In this document: positions 35,345-45,648 of the stretch, piece by piece
How positions within the stretch are numbered: the first letter of the stretch is position 1
Layout of the letters: each line of letters begins with the position of its first letter
NCBI GenBank assembly: GCA_020850355.1
Contig: JADZEX010000081.1
Coordinates: forward strand, 131,113 to 195,112
DNA length: 64,000 nucleotides
Source of the DNA: Fimbriimonadaceae bacterium
GTDB taxonomy: Bacteria > Armatimonadota > UBA10988
Reading direction: 5' to 3'
The notes under the pieces: generated by a model
Databases searched by the model: none
The model's input: only the letters and a program-made list of their open reading frames with translations
Told to the model about the DNA's origin: nothing
Translations under genes and position numbers: made by a program

Positions 35345-38092
35345 CTAGCGGAGTGTTTCGAGGGCCCGCAGGAGGGTCACCCGGACGCCTTCGAGGGCTT
35401 GCCAGGAGCGCTCATAGTCGGTCACCCCGCGGACCGCTGGCCGTGCCAGTTGCGCGAGGTGCTCTTGCGCCGCCGCCGGTGTCAGGCCCTTGGCGATCAG
35501 CCGCTGACGCAGCTCCAGGAGCAGTTCGGCCTCCTCCAGGCCGTCCCGCTCGGACTCGTAACGCAGCGAGCTGTTGGCGATGGTGGTGGTGGAGGGCCAG
35601 ACGATGTACTGGTCGCCCGGACTCTCCAGACTGGTCAGCGGGATGTCCCACCAGTTCAGCGCCCAGTGCAGGTAGCCGGTCGTCTCGCCGAGGGCGTTCA
35701 ACCAGTGCAGGACCCGCGGCTTGAGGGCGCTGCTGTCGATCATCCGGTTCGGGAAGGCGCCCTGCGGGACCCAGGCGACATAGAACCAGACCTCCCGGCC
35801 GGCCGCCTGTTGGGCCCGGAAGGCGTCGCGCCACTGCATGAAGTAGTTGAGCTGCGGCACCTGGATCTCCAGGTCCTCGCCCAGGTCGGGGACATGAATC
35901 GCGTCGATCCGCCGCAGCTTCGGGGCCGCCGCCTTGACCTGCCGCGAGAGCTGGCGCCAGGAGTCGATGTTGCGCGGAATCGGCTCATCGGCGACATGCA
36001 CCGCGAACTGGTCGGTCCACCCACGCTGGTCGACGTGCGCCGCCACCGGGGCCAGCACGTCGAGCGTCCGCAGCGCGACCGGCTCGCCGTTGGCCAGCTT
36101 GTGCGCCGTGAAGCCATGGGCGACGAACGTCGGGCACTCCCAGTCGCCGGTCTCCCGGCCGCCGATGTGGCTGAGGCAGAACAGCCGATCGACCCCGGCG
36201 CTGCGCATCGTGTCGACAAAGCGGTCGAAGGCGGTGAAGTCGCATTCCAGGCCACCGTCGTCGCGGACCCAGACGCGCACCAGGCTCAGCGGCACGATCA
36301 CCGTGTTCTGATGGTAGCTGGTCATCAACTGCCCGAGCCGCCGCAGCACCTGCCAGCCATCGGCCGACTGCGGCTCGACGCCCCAACGCTTGCACACGGC
36401 GTCCCACTGAAACCAGTAGACAAATCCCAGCTTGCGCACCGCCGGCAGCTCGGCGGTCGAGACGGTCAGCTCCAGCGGCCACTCCTGGCGACCCTGGACG
36501 CTCTCGACCCGCAGGCTGCCGCGGTAGATGCCGGGCGAAGTGTCGCGCGGCACGGTCACCCGCAGGTAGATCGGCTGGACCTGCCCGGCCGGCAGCTCCC
36601 GTTCGCGGTCGTCGCTCAGCTCGTCGGGGTAGTCGGCCGGGCCCTTCCAGACCAGCTCCTCGGCCGGGGTGGCGCGGCTGTTCTTCTCGATGGCAACGTA
36701 GTTGACGAAATGGGTGCCAATCCAGTGGGCGGCCAGCCGACCGTCGCCGCCGACCTGGCGCAGGTCGCTGGGCACCGCGCGGAGCCGCTCCACCGGGGCG
36801 GTGGTGCGCAGCAGGATCTGCCGGCCCTCGGTCTCGCCGCGCAGCGCGACGAGCTGCAGCGCGGTCAGCCCGGTCGGCAGGCTGGCGGCGTCCCGCGGCA
36901 CCTGCGCGTGCGGGTCGGCCAGCGCCGCCTGCCACGGCCCCGGCCCGGCGGCGGTCAGCGCCGCGGCCACCGGCACCGCCAGGTCATCGCTCCGTTGGCC
37001 GTTGCGGCCGACCGCGCGGACGGTCAAGGTGGTCGCCGCCGTGGTCACCGTGGCGGTCGCCCAGGGCGCCGTGCAGGGCAGCGGTCGCGGCGCCCGCCAG
37101 GCGGCGCTGAGGTCGACGGTCTGCAGCACCTGATCCCCAGCCGCGATCTCGAGGCTGGCGACCTCCTCGTCCAGCAGGTGCGGCGACCAGCCGACCGTCA
37201 CCGCGGCGCCGGCTCGCTCGGCCCAGGCCAGACCGGGCCGCGGCCGGCGACGGTCGGCCGCCGTGGGCGTCGCCGCCGCCGACAGCGGTGACTGCCGGGC
37301 GTCGCCGTCGACCACCGCGCAGCGGATCTGATAGGCCGTGCCAACCTGCAGGCCGGGCAGCGTCAGGCCGCCGGCCAAGACGTCCGCCACGGCGTTCGGG
37401 GCGCGGCCGGCGGTCGTCTCGAAGGGCGTCGGCGAGACCCAGGCCAGCAGCCGGATGCCGCCCCCAGCGGCGGTCTGGGCGGCGTCCCAGGTGACCCGCA
37501 GCTCGCCCGCGGCGCGGTCGGGGGAGGTGACCGAAACAGTCGGGGCCGGCGGTGGGCCGGCAGCGTTCGGGAGCCGTTCCATGGCAACCTCGTCGTACCA
37601 GACCGTGCCCTGGTTGGGCTGTGCCGTCAACAGGTCGAAGTGTACCGAGCGCGCCTCGAAGGGGGCCTCGAAGACCTGCTCGACGAACTGCCAGTCCTGC
37701 GTGCCGGTGACCTCGCCAACGCCATCGCCGCGCATCCACGGCCCGTCGTGGCGCATCCACTCCACCAGGATGCCGGCGTTGCCGGTCAGCTTCTCACAAC
37801 GGACCCAGCCGCTGACGCGGTACCGGCCGGGGCTGCACGCCACGAGCTGCATCGCGATGCCGCGCTTGCCGCCGCCGACGATCTTCAGGGCGTGGCTGCC
37901 CTCACGCCCTTCGCCTGGCGCCACGACCACCGAGCTGGTTCCGCTGCCAGGCGGCTGGGCGTACCAGGCGTGATCCAAGATCCAGCCGCTGCTGCCGGCC
38001 TCGAAGTCGCCATTGCGCAGCAGCGAGGCGCCGTCAGCGGGCGCTGTCAGGCTCAGGGCCAGCACCGTCAGCAGCAGTCCGCAGCGAACCAT
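35345..38092 (-). CDS. secreted carbohydrate-active enzyme: N-terminal CBM4/9-like sugar-binding module + Fn3-like repeats + C-terminal DUF4091 / GH-like domain
   Basis: ATG after GGGGAGAAG. Signal peptide MVRCGLLLTVLALSLTAPA. LRNGDFEAGSSGWIL CBM4_9 motif. C-terminal DUF4091-like region (WFYVAWVPQGAFPNRMID). Confidence 0.6.
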   Translation of the reverse strand: MVRCGLLLTVLALSLTAPADGASLLRNGDFEAGSSGWILDHAWYAQPPGSGTSSVVVAPGEGREGSHALKIVGGGKRGIAMQLVACSPGRYRVSGWVRCEKLTGNAGILVEWMRHDGPWMRGDGVGEVTGTQDWQFVEQVFEAPFEARSVHFDLLTAQPNQGTVWYDEVAMERLPNAAGPPPAPTVSVTSPDRAAGELRVTWDAAQTAAGGGIRLLAWVSPTPFETTAGRAPNAVADVLAGGLTLPGLQVGTAYQIRCAVVDGDARQSPLSAAATPTAADRRRPRPGLAWAERAGAAVTVGWSPHLLDEEVASLEIAAGDQVLQTVDLSAAWRAPRPLPCTAPWATATVTTAATTLTVRAVGRNGQRSDDLAVPVAAALTAAGPGPWQAALADPHAQVPRDAASLPTGLTALQLVALRGETEGRQILLRTTAPVERLRAVPSDLRQVGGDGRLAAHWIGTHFVNYVAIEKNSRATPAEELVWKGPADYPDELSDDRERELPAGQVQPIYLRVTVPRDTSPGIYRGSLRVESVQGRQEWPLELTVSTAELPAVRKLGFVYWFQWDAVCKRWGVEPQSADGWQVLRRLGQLMTSYHQNTVIVPLSLVRVWVRDDGGLECDFTAFDRFVDTMRSAGVDRLFCLSHIGGRETGDWECPTFVAHGFTAHKLANGEPVALRTLDVLAPVAAHVDQRGWTDQFAVHVADEPIPRNIDSWRQLSRQVKAAAPKLRRIDAIHVPDLGEDLEIQVPQLNYFMQWRDAFRAQQAAGREVWFYVAWVPQGAFPNRMIDSSALKPRVLHWLNALGETTGYLHWALNWWDIPLTSLESPGDQYIVWPSTTTIANSSLRYESERDGLEEAELLLELRQRLIAKGLTPAAAQEHLAQLARPAVRGVTDYERSWQALEGVRVTLLRALETLR

Positions 38093-40439
38093 CGCGCTTC
38101 TCCCCGGCCGTCCACGCGGCCAGCAGCAGAGCCACTCCGAGCAGTCCCGCGAACAGGCCGACCCGCACACTGGTCGGGGCAAAGACCCACTGCACCCGCT
38201 GGTCGGCGAACCCTCCGCCCGCGGCCAGCGCCATGTTGGGCACGAACCGGCCCTGGTCGTAGGGCGGCTGGAACGGCGCCCGAATCCAGGCCGCCGGCTG
38301 CAGCGCCGGGCTGGCCAGCGGGCCGAGGTAGACTCGCCAGCCGGGCGCTGCGCTGTCCAGCAGCAGCGAGGAGACTGGCGGCAACCGCCAGGCCGCGCGG
38401 TTCACCCCGTCGTAGAGCGTCCGCTGCACCGCCGGCCGCGGGGGTTGGCCGTCGATCACCGCAAAGCAGCGCGCCGTGGCCGCCGGTCGCGCCGACCAGA
38501 CCTCGGGCGTCCCGCTCGGCAGCGCCCCAAGCGGCCGCTCCCGGCTCAACACCTGGCTGACCGCCCCGGCCACTCGCCGCGGGTCGACGTCGCCCAGCAG
38601 CAGCATGTTGCCGTTGATGGCAGGCGCCGGCTGGCGCCCGCCGGCGGCCCACGACATCGCCTGCTTGGCCGCCGCCGGCAACAGCGAGTCGTACCCGCCC
38701 ACGTCGCGCAGCCCGGCCGCGGTGGCCAGGTTGGGCGGCAGCAACAGCCCCTCGGGCGGGTGGTAGAAGCCCCACCGCGCTGGCGGGTCGAGCGCCAGCA
38801 GGCGCGTGCCATCGCGCTCCAGGCGCTGCGCCAGCGGTGCCAGTCGGGCCGGTCGGGGATCCAGCAGAGCGCGCTCGCAGGTCGGGTTGAAACCGTACCC
38901 GAACCAGAGCAGCTCGACCGCCGCCAGCGCCACCACCAGCGCCGGCCGTCGGCGCAGCGCCAGCGCCGCCAGCAACAGGCCCAGCGCCGCGGTCAGGGCG
39001 GTCAACTGCCCGTACCAGGTGACCTCGAGCAGGGCGCCCAGCCGCGCCGCCAGGGCGGCCCGGGTCAGCAGCACCAGGCCCACCAGCACCACCCCGGCCA
39101 CCGCCCCGAGCTGCCAGCCGCGCCGCGCCGGCAGAGCGGCCAGGCGGTCGACCCCGCAACCGGCGGCGATCGCCAGGCCGAGGGTCCAGACCAGCGCCAG
39201 CCGGCACGGCCCGGCGCCCGCGCTGTAGCCAGGCAGCGCCCAGTAGAGCAGCCGGTTCGGCGGGCCGCCGAGCGCCAGCAGCAGGGCCAGCAGGGCCAGC
39301 CCCAGGTAGCCTCGCGCCGGCTGCCCACGCGCGCCGCGACCGAGCAGCAGGGCGGCCGCCAGCAGCGGCAGGAGGCCGCCGAAGAGGTTGAACTCGGTGT
39401 AGTCGCCCGGCGAAATCGCCCCGCGGCGGTCGCTGCCCCAGTACGCGCCGTCGGCCGCCTGCCGCAACAGCGCTGCGGGCGGCGCTGCGGGGTCCACCGT
39501 GCCGCGCGCCGGGTCGCCGTAGAAGCGCGGCAGCGCCAGCGTGACCAGGCGATCCAGCGGGATCGCCCGCCCCCCGAAGGCCTCGTAGCCGGCCGCCGAG
39601 CGGCCCGGCGGGCGGTGACTGCGCGGTGCCAGCTCCAGCAGCGGCAGCACCATCGGCGCGGCGACCAGGCCAGCGGTCACGGCGCAGGCCAGCCAGACGA
39701 GCACCCGCCGGCGGCCGAACCGCCAGGCGGCAACCGCCAGGGTGGTCACCGCCACGTAATGAAACACCTGCGGGTGCCCGGCCAGGCCAGCCAGCCCGAC
39801 GCAGCCGCCGGCCCAGACCGCGTGCCGCCAGCGGCCGGTGGCGCTGGCCCGCTCGACCTGCCAGAGGGCCCACGGCAGCCAGGCGGCGCTGCTGACCAGC
39901 GTTGGCAGCAGCAGCCAGGTGACGTTGAACCCGCCCAGCCCGTAGACCAGCCCCGCCAGCAGCGCGCCGGGGCGGCCCGCGCCAAGTTGTCGCGCCAGCA
40001 GCCAGGCGCCGGTCGCCGCCAGCCAGAGATGCAGCACGGCGGTCAGCCGGAAGCCGTCCGCGACGGGCAGCAGTCCGAAGCAGAGCCAGTTGGGCGGGTA
40101 CCAGAGCGCTGACTGCCCGTTGCCGCAGAAGGCGTAGCCGTTCAGTTGGTAGGGATTCCAGAGCGGCAGGCAGTTGTTGCGCAGCCCATCGGCCAGCAGC
40201 GTCCGCCACGGCCAGTACTGCCCGACCGCGTCGTACCAGAGCGCGTTCCAGGCCGTCCGCGGCGCCTGCCCAGCGGCCCACGGCGCGAACCAGCGCAGGT
40301 AGTCGGGCAGCGGCGCCCGACCCGCCACGACGGGCGCCAGCAGGAGGCCCACCGCCAGCAGCAGCAGGGCCGGACCCGCCGCTCCGGCGACCCGCCGTCG
40401 ACTGCTCCGCGGCGCGTCGGCCTGTGCGGCAGCGCTCAC
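38034..40439 (-). CDS. YfhO/GT-C-like polytopic membrane protein (putative glycosyltransferase)
   Basis: 801 aa, more than 12 TM helices, YfhO-like organisation. 3' end overlaps the downstream gene start by about 59 nt. Confidence 0.55.
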   Translation of the reverse strand: MSAAAQADAPRSSRRRVAGAAGPALLLLAVGLLLAPVVAGRAPLPDYLRWFAPWAAGQAPRTAWNALWYDAVGQYWPWRTLLADGLRNNCLPLWNPYQLNGYAFCGNGQSALWYPPNWLCFGLLPVADGFRLTAVLHLWLAATGAWLLARQLGAGRPGALLAGLVYGLGGFNVTWLLLPTLVSSAAWLPWALWQVERASATGRWRHAVWAGGCVGLAGLAGHPQVFHYVAVTTLAVAAWRFGRRRVLVWLACAVTAGLVAAPMVLPLLELAPRSHRPPGRSAAGYEAFGGRAIPLDRLVTLALPRFYGDPARGTVDPAAPPAALLRQAADGAYWGSDRRGAISPGDYTEFNLFGGLLPLLAAALLLGRGARGQPARGYLGLALLALLLALGGPPNRLLYWALPGYSAGAGPCRLALVWTLGLAIAAGCGVDRLAALPARRGWQLGAVAGVVLVGLVLLTRAALAARLGALLEVTWYGQLTALTAALGLLLAALALRRRPALVVALAAVELLWFGYGFNPTCERALLDPRPARLAPLAQRLERDGTRLLALDPPARWGFYHPPEGLLLPPNLATAAGLRDVGGYDSLLPAAAKQAMSWAAGGRQPAPAINGNMLLLGDVDPRRVAGAVSQVLSRERPLGALPSGTPEVWSARPAATARCFAVIDGQPPRPAVQRTLYDGVNRAAWRLPPVSSLLLDSAAPGWRVYLGPLASPALQPAAWIRAPFQPPYDQGRFVPNMALAAGGGFADQRVQWVFAPTSVRVGLFAGLLGVALLLAAWTAGEKRDGSLRTAADGAGPEPDSAR

Positions 40440-40448
40440 CGGCCTACC

Positions 40449-41372
40449 TCACGCCATGTGGATGGCGACGTCGTCGGCCACTTCACCCAAGAAGGTGTAG
40501 TCGGTGCCGGCGAGCTGTAGCAGCGAGCCGGGGACGTGCGCGTTGACCGGGCCGTAGGCCACCAGCCGGCCGATGAAGGCCTGCCAGGAGTCACTGCCCG
40601 GGAACGCCCCGTCCAGCCAGAAACTACGCGCCCGCGCCGCGAGAATGTCGCGCGGCCCGATGGTGTTGGCCATCGGCGCCACCCGCGACCAGTCACCGCG
40701 GAAGCTGTGCAGGGCGTTCTGCATGATGGTCATCGGGTGCAGATCCACCAACTGCGCACCCTGCGACTTCCACTCCTCGAAGTCGGGGTACTTGTCGGCG
40801 AGGTGCGGGTCCCAGAAGGCAATGTGCCCGCACCAGCCGATCCCGCCGTAGCAGACATCGGCCTCGCCGGCATCCTGCAACCGCTTGCTGTAATCGGCGA
40901 TGCGGTCCTTGGTCGGAAAGTTGATCTGGCTGGCCGGCGGCCGCAGCGCCGGGTCGAGCTTGCCGAAGAACTGCGCCATCATGGTGTACTGGAAGCTGCC
41001 CGGCCAGTCCGCCGGCGCGGTGTTGCCGTCCTGGTCGGCGTACTCGTCCATGTTGAACGAAACCAGGTGCGAGCAGTCCAGCCGCAGCTTGTTGATGATG
41101 TCGGCGGCCACCGCAAACTGTGGCACCGGGCCCACCGGGAAGATGATCACGCACTTCCGGCGCTCGTCGCGCGCCTGTTGCAGGCGGCCGATGATATCGA
41201 GCGCGAAAGCCCGGTAGAAGTCGGCCCGCTGGTCGATCACACGGATCTTGAAGTCCGGGTTGGGATGCTCCCCGGCCTCCAGCTGCGCCCGCGTGATGCT
41301 GCGCGCCTTGGCGCACGCCGCGCTGTCGCGGAACGGCAGAAACCCGGCCATCTGGGTGATGAAGTCGGACAC
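40449..41372 (-). CDS. glucosamine-6-phosphate deaminase/isomerase-like (NagB/Pgl family) protein
   Basis: GTG after GAGGAGG. Segments ...KCVIIFPVGPVPQ...SFNMDEYAD... typical of the NagB superfamily. Confidence 0.6.
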   Translation of the reverse strand: MSDFITQMAGFLPFRDSAACAKARSITRAQLEAGEHPNPDFKIRVIDQRADFYRAFALDIIGRLQQARDERRKCVIIFPVGPVPQFAVAADIINKLRLDCSHLVSFNMDEYADQDGNTAPADWPGSFQYTMMAQFFGKLDPALRPPASQINFPTKDRIADYSKRLQDAGEADVCYGGIGWCGHIAFWDPHLADKYPDFEEWKSQGAQLVDLHPMTIMQNALHSFRGDWSRVAPMANTIGPRDILAARARSFWLDGAFPGSDSWQAFIGRLVAYGPVNAHVPGSLLQLAGTDYTFLGEVADDVAIHMA

Positions 41373-41906
41373 GCGAACCTCCTCGCCACCCCGACACCAC
41401 CGCGACGGGGCCTCAACGCGGCGAGGTGTACCATGCCGCGTGGGTGGTGTCAACGGGGTGACCGCGGCCGCGCAGCCCTGGCGGGCTGCTCACCGTGGTC
41501 GCCGCAGCACCGCCGCGACCGGCGCCCCGGCCAGCTCGCCCGTTCCGGCGCCCGTTCCGCCCTCGCCGACCAGGTCATCAGCGTCGCCACGCAGGTGCCC
41601 ACCTCCCCGCCGACCTGAACCTGACACCGGTATAGACGGCGTGGTGGAGTACCTGGCCGACGCGCTCGGCCCCGGTCGTGTGCCCTACGAGACCGACTCT
41701 CCGATGCGCGATCCCCGCCCGCAGGTGGCCTGGGTCGTCTTCTGCCGGCTGCCCGCGATGGACCACGGCAACGCGCTCTGCAAGGGGCGTAGGGGGAAGG
41801 ACCGCTCCCGCCGAGCCCAACCACGGCTGCCGAACGCGCGGGCGCCGACCGGCCAGGCCGTCCTGGCACGATCCGCCTGGTCGTGATTTCGGCTTGCCTG
41901 CCCGCT

Positions 41907-44900
41907 TCAACGCTCCTCGGCCAACGCTCCCGGCGGCGTCACCGTGAAGCGGATGGTCTCCTCGGCGGTGCCGAAGTAGCCGCCCCAGCCAACCTCCAGT
42001 TGGATCACCGCGGCCTGGTTGACCTGTTCGGGGCCGGTGCCGTCGCCGAACTTCTGGAACCGCTCCCAGGGGATCTGGCTGACCCGCCAGCCGGGGTGGT
42101 TCAGCAGGCGACCGGCGGGCGCCAGGTAGCGCTGGCCGTCGGCGGTGGTCAGGAAGCAGTACAGCGTTGCTGCCGAGGTCTGGCCGGCCGGCACGCCGGT
42201 CTCGATCCGCAGCGCCGCGGTGCGGCTCAGGTCGAGCGGGGTGGGGTACTTGAAGATCGCGAACTGGAACGTGTCGACCGCGCTCTTGGTGATCCGGCCC
42301 TGCAGCTCCCAGGCCGCGCGCCCATCGGGGAGGGTGACCGCCTGCACCGGCGCGGCTTGCACGAACTGCCCGCCGCCTGAGGTCGGGGCGACGGTCGGCA
42401 GGGACACGGGCTGACCCAGCAACAGCAGCCCCGGTGCGGGCTGCTGGCGGGTCCGGGCCGTCGCGCTGGCGTAGCGCAGGATCACGCCGCGGTAGGGCGG
42501 CAGGTCCAAGGTCACCGGGCCGGCGGGCACGGTGCGGCGGGTGCCGTCGACCGGGTTGCAGAGCTCGCCAGGTCCGCTGCCGGCCAGAGTTAGCTCACCG
42601 CGCCACGGGGCGTTGCTGTCGTTGATCACGAAGTAGACGTCGTGCTCGTCGATCCGCCGGTGCGTCGTCCTGAGCGGCGCGCCTCGGGGGACCGCCACGT
42701 CGCGGGTCAGCAGCGCGTCGAGCGCCGTCGGCAGCAGCGACTCGCTGCCGCTGGGCAGCCACACCGCCCGGGCGCCATGCGGGCCGCTGACGATGCCGGC
42801 CTGCTCGCTGGGCGGCCCCAGGAGCTGCGTCGCGAGCGCCTGCGCCGCCGGGCTGGGGAACTCGCTGGCGCTGTTGCGCGGCCGCTTGCCGAGCACGATG
42901 ATGGCCCCGCCGGCCTGCCAGAACTGCGCCACGCGCTCCCACGCAGCGGCCGGCAGGGTCTCCGCGCCGGGCAGCAGCAGCACCTGCCAGGCGAGTTGCC
43001 GATGCACCAGCCGCGGGCCGTCAACGTGGCTGTCGACCAGCGCCTTGGCGTCCACGATGGTGGCGTCGCGACCCGACTTGAAGATGCTCTCGAGGCTGCT
43101 GTTGTAGGCCTGCTCGATGGCCAGCGAATCGGGATCGGGGCTGCCGACGCCCTTGGCCGGCGCGGTGTGCGGCCAGAGGCTGTTGACGGGGTAGAGCACC
43201 GCCAGGTCGGCCACCTGCACGCCGCCACGCAGCGCTGTGCCGATTCGGCCGACGTACTGGTTCAGCGCCTCCATCTGCCCGGCGTCGAGACCGGCGAAGC
43301 TGTAGTAGCTGGTGAAGGTGTTGATCCCACCGACGGCCTGCCGGTTGATGGTGCCGCAGATGTCGTCGAAGGTGACCTGCACCGGGGGACGTTGGTCGCC
43401 GGGCGGCCGGTAACGCTGCGCGTGGTCGGACGTCTCACTCATCGTCAGCAGCCGGCCCTCCAGCTCTGCGACGCTGCTGATAGTCCTCGCAATCGCCCAG
43501 GGCACCTGGCTGGGCAGGCTGGTGAGGCAGTCAATACTCGGCGCGTCAAGCCCGCGGACGCAGGCCATCAAGTCGCCGTACAACTGCACGTGGCCACGAA
43601 AGCTCTCTTCCATCAGCAGGTGCCCGCCGGCTGGCACACCTAGCTCGCGACAGCGGCGCTGAATCTGGCCGAAGTAGTTCTCGCTGACCAGCTCGGCGAT
43701 GGTCTGCCAGAAGTCGTACCGCACCTTCGCCGCCGGCGGGCCGCCGTCGGCCACCACGGCCGCAAGCTGCGGCCCCAGGTCGTAGCCGCGACGGCGCCGG
43801 AACTCGGGAGCCAGGTTCTCCGACCAGGGCAGCACGGCGTACGGCATCGGCCGCAGAAAGCAGCTCATCAAGCTCGGCTCGTCGGTGAAGGTCGCCTTGA
43901 AGTGCGGCCGCAAGTCGCCCAGCTCGCGCGCGTAGGCGTCGTGAGTCAGCTCGATGAAACGCTTCGTCGGCTCCGGCAGCAGCAGATTCGTGTAGGGCTG
44001 GTGCACGAAGACGTTCAGCGAGGCGTGGGTGCCCTCGTAGATCTTGTCACGGGTCACCAGGGCCACCTGCCAGCGGCCCGCGCCCGGCGGAGTCCAGCGC
44101 AGCTTGCCGTCCGCCAGGTGGCCGCGCAGGTCGACGCCCCGGCTCAGGTCCTCGCCGGGCCAGGCCTGCGCCAACTGCAGCTTGCCCGGCGGTACCGCCA
44201 GCTCAACCGCCTCGCCCTGGCTGCTGGCGCGAGCCACCAGCAGACCCTCCGCCTCCCACTCGGGATGGCCCTTGAGGACCTGCATCCCGGCCGTGCCGGA
44301 GGGGTAGCCCATCTCGTCGTACAGCCAGACCGTCATCTGCAGCCGGCTGGCCGCGGCCAACACGCGGCGCAGTTGCTCCCAGTGCGGCTTGCTCTGTAGA
44401 TACTGCTCGTTCCACGGCCCGACATTCGTGGCGAACCCGCCGAAGCCCAGGGCGCGGAGCTCGTTGACCGCCTCGGCTTCGGCCTCGGCGCTGAGCGGCC
44501 AGGAGTGCATGATCTTGAGGATCCGCGTGCTGCCAGGCGGGTCGGCGAAGCGCTCTTCGAAAGGACGATCCTCGGATGGCAAGGGAGTGACCACGAGACT
44601 CTCCTCGGGCAACAGGCTCAGCCGCGGGCCGTCGATGCCGCCGGGGCCGCCGCCGTCGGTCACCTCGATGGCGATCACGTTCGGCGCACCAAAGCGCACC
44701 AGCTCCGCCGGCAACGGGTAGCGCCGGACCGTCTGCACGTCCTTCACCGCGCCGACCTGTTGCCCGTTGAAGAAGGTCCGATCCTGGTCGTCCACCCGTC
44801 CGAGCAACAACACCAGCGGCTTGCCTCGCCAGGCCTCCGGGATCACGACGCTACGGCGATACCAGGCGACGCCGTCGTAGTCGGTCCACGGCATCTTGCC

Positions 44901-45128
44901 TTTCGGCTGCGGCGGCTGCCCCGGCCGCGGCTCGGTGACGCCCTGCGGCTCCCACGATCCCGGCACCCGCAGCTCGCGCCAGCCAGCGTCGTCAAACTCC
45001 GGCCGCGCCCAACCAGCCGCCAGCCCGGCCGCCGTCGGATCGGTCGCAAAGCGCCAGGCGCCATTGAGATTGCCCAGCCGCGGCTCCAACGGCGCGGCGG
45101 TCAGCAGAGCCAGCCAGAGGGTCAACAT
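41907..45128 (-). CDS. large secreted glycoside hydrolase (GH2-type N-terminal sugar-binding domain + TIM-barrel)
   Basis: 1073 aa. Signal peptide MLTLWLALLTAAP. N-terminal galactose-binding-like domain (WRFATDP...GSWEPQG...DYDGVAWYRR) as in GH2/beta-galactosidases. Confidence 0.6.
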   Translation of the reverse strand: MLTLWLALLTAAPLEPRLGNLNGAWRFATDPTAAGLAAGWARPEFDDAGWRELRVPGSWEPQGVTEPRPGQPPQPKGKMPWTDYDGVAWYRRSVVIPEAWRGKPLVLLLGRVDDQDRTFFNGQQVGAVKDVQTVRRYPLPAELVRFGAPNVIAIEVTDGGGPGGIDGPRLSLLPEESLVVTPLPSEDRPFEERFADPPGSTRILKIMHSWPLSAEAEAEAVNELRALGFGGFATNVGPWNEQYLQSKPHWEQLRRVLAAASRLQMTVWLYDEMGYPSGTAGMQVLKGHPEWEAEGLLVARASSQGEAVELAVPPGKLQLAQAWPGEDLSRGVDLRGHLADGKLRWTPPGAGRWQVALVTRDKIYEGTHASLNVFVHQPYTNLLLPEPTKRFIELTHDAYARELGDLRPHFKATFTDEPSLMSCFLRPMPYAVLPWSENLAPEFRRRRGYDLGPQLAAVVADGGPPAAKVRYDFWQTIAELVSENYFGQIQRRCRELGVPAGGHLLMEESFRGHVQLYGDLMACVRGLDAPSIDCLTSLPSQVPWAIARTISSVAELEGRLLTMSETSDHAQRYRPPGDQRPPVQVTFDDICGTINRQAVGGINTFTSYYSFAGLDAGQMEALNQYVGRIGTALRGGVQVADLAVLYPVNSLWPHTAPAKGVGSPDPDSLAIEQAYNSSLESIFKSGRDATIVDAKALVDSHVDGPRLVHRQLAWQVLLLPGAETLPAAAWERVAQFWQAGGAIIVLGKRPRNSASEFPSPAAQALATQLLGPPSEQAGIVSGPHGARAVWLPSGSESLLPTALDALLTRDVAVPRGAPLRTTHRRIDEHDVYFVINDSNAPWRGELTLAGSGPGELCNPVDGTRRTVPAGPVTLDLPPYRGVILRYASATARTRQQPAPGLLLLGQPVSLPTVAPTSGGGQFVQAAPVQAVTLPDGRAAWELQGRITKSAVDTFQFAIFKYPTPLDLSRTAALRIETGVPAGQTSAATLYCFLTTADGQRYLAPAGRLLNHPGWRVSQIPWERFQKFGDGTGPEQVNQAAVIQLEVGWGGYFGTAEETIRFTVTPPGALAEER

Positions 45129-45269
45129 GCCGTGCTCCCAAAGGGGTCAGGACCATTTTTCGGGGCCGCCGCCGCGGACGGTCTGGCGCGGCGGCGTGGG
45201 TCATGCGCTGTGGCGACGCGACTTCGGGCCGCAGTGGGCCATTCCTGCCGCGCTATCGGCGGCCGGCGC

Positions 45270-45485
45270 TGGCCCGCCGGACACGGCGTCCGCGCCAACT
45301 GCGTCTCCCCCGGCCCGGTGTTGACCCGCCCCGAGATGGCCAACATGACCACTCGCCTCGGCCGCGCCGCCGCGCCCGACGAGATCGTCACGATGATCCC
45401 CTACCTCTGCTCCGACGACGACGCCTTCGTCACTGGCCAGAACTTCGTGATCGACGGCGGACGGAGCGTTGGGGCGATGGAGTAG
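45270..45485 (+). pseudogene. 3' fragment of a short-chain dehydrogenase/reductase (SDR) gene
   Basis: Encodes only the SDR C-terminus (GVRANCVSPGPVLTRPEM...PDEIVTMIPYLCSDDDAFVTGQNFVIDGG). The N-terminal about 190 aa including the Rossmann TGxxxGxG are absent upstream. Confidence 0.55.
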
Positions 45486-45648
45486 GACTCGCTCTCGGGT
45501 TCGGCTTCGTCCTTTGGAGGAAGGGGTCGCTTGCTGGCGAAGCAGGCGGTCGGGACTGAGCCGTCTGCGGCCGTGCGACGGGTCGGGGAGGCTGCCGCAG
45601 CCGGCGGACGTGGAGCCGCCGACTTGGCGATGGTCAGGGATTGGGGAT

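Noticed and set aside
41248-41886. A 212-aa ORF spanning the long intergenic gap.
   Set aside because: Mostly Arg/Ala/Pro low-complexity and no RBS. Only a short stretch looks protein-like. Mentioned as a finding for follow-up but not annotated as CDS.
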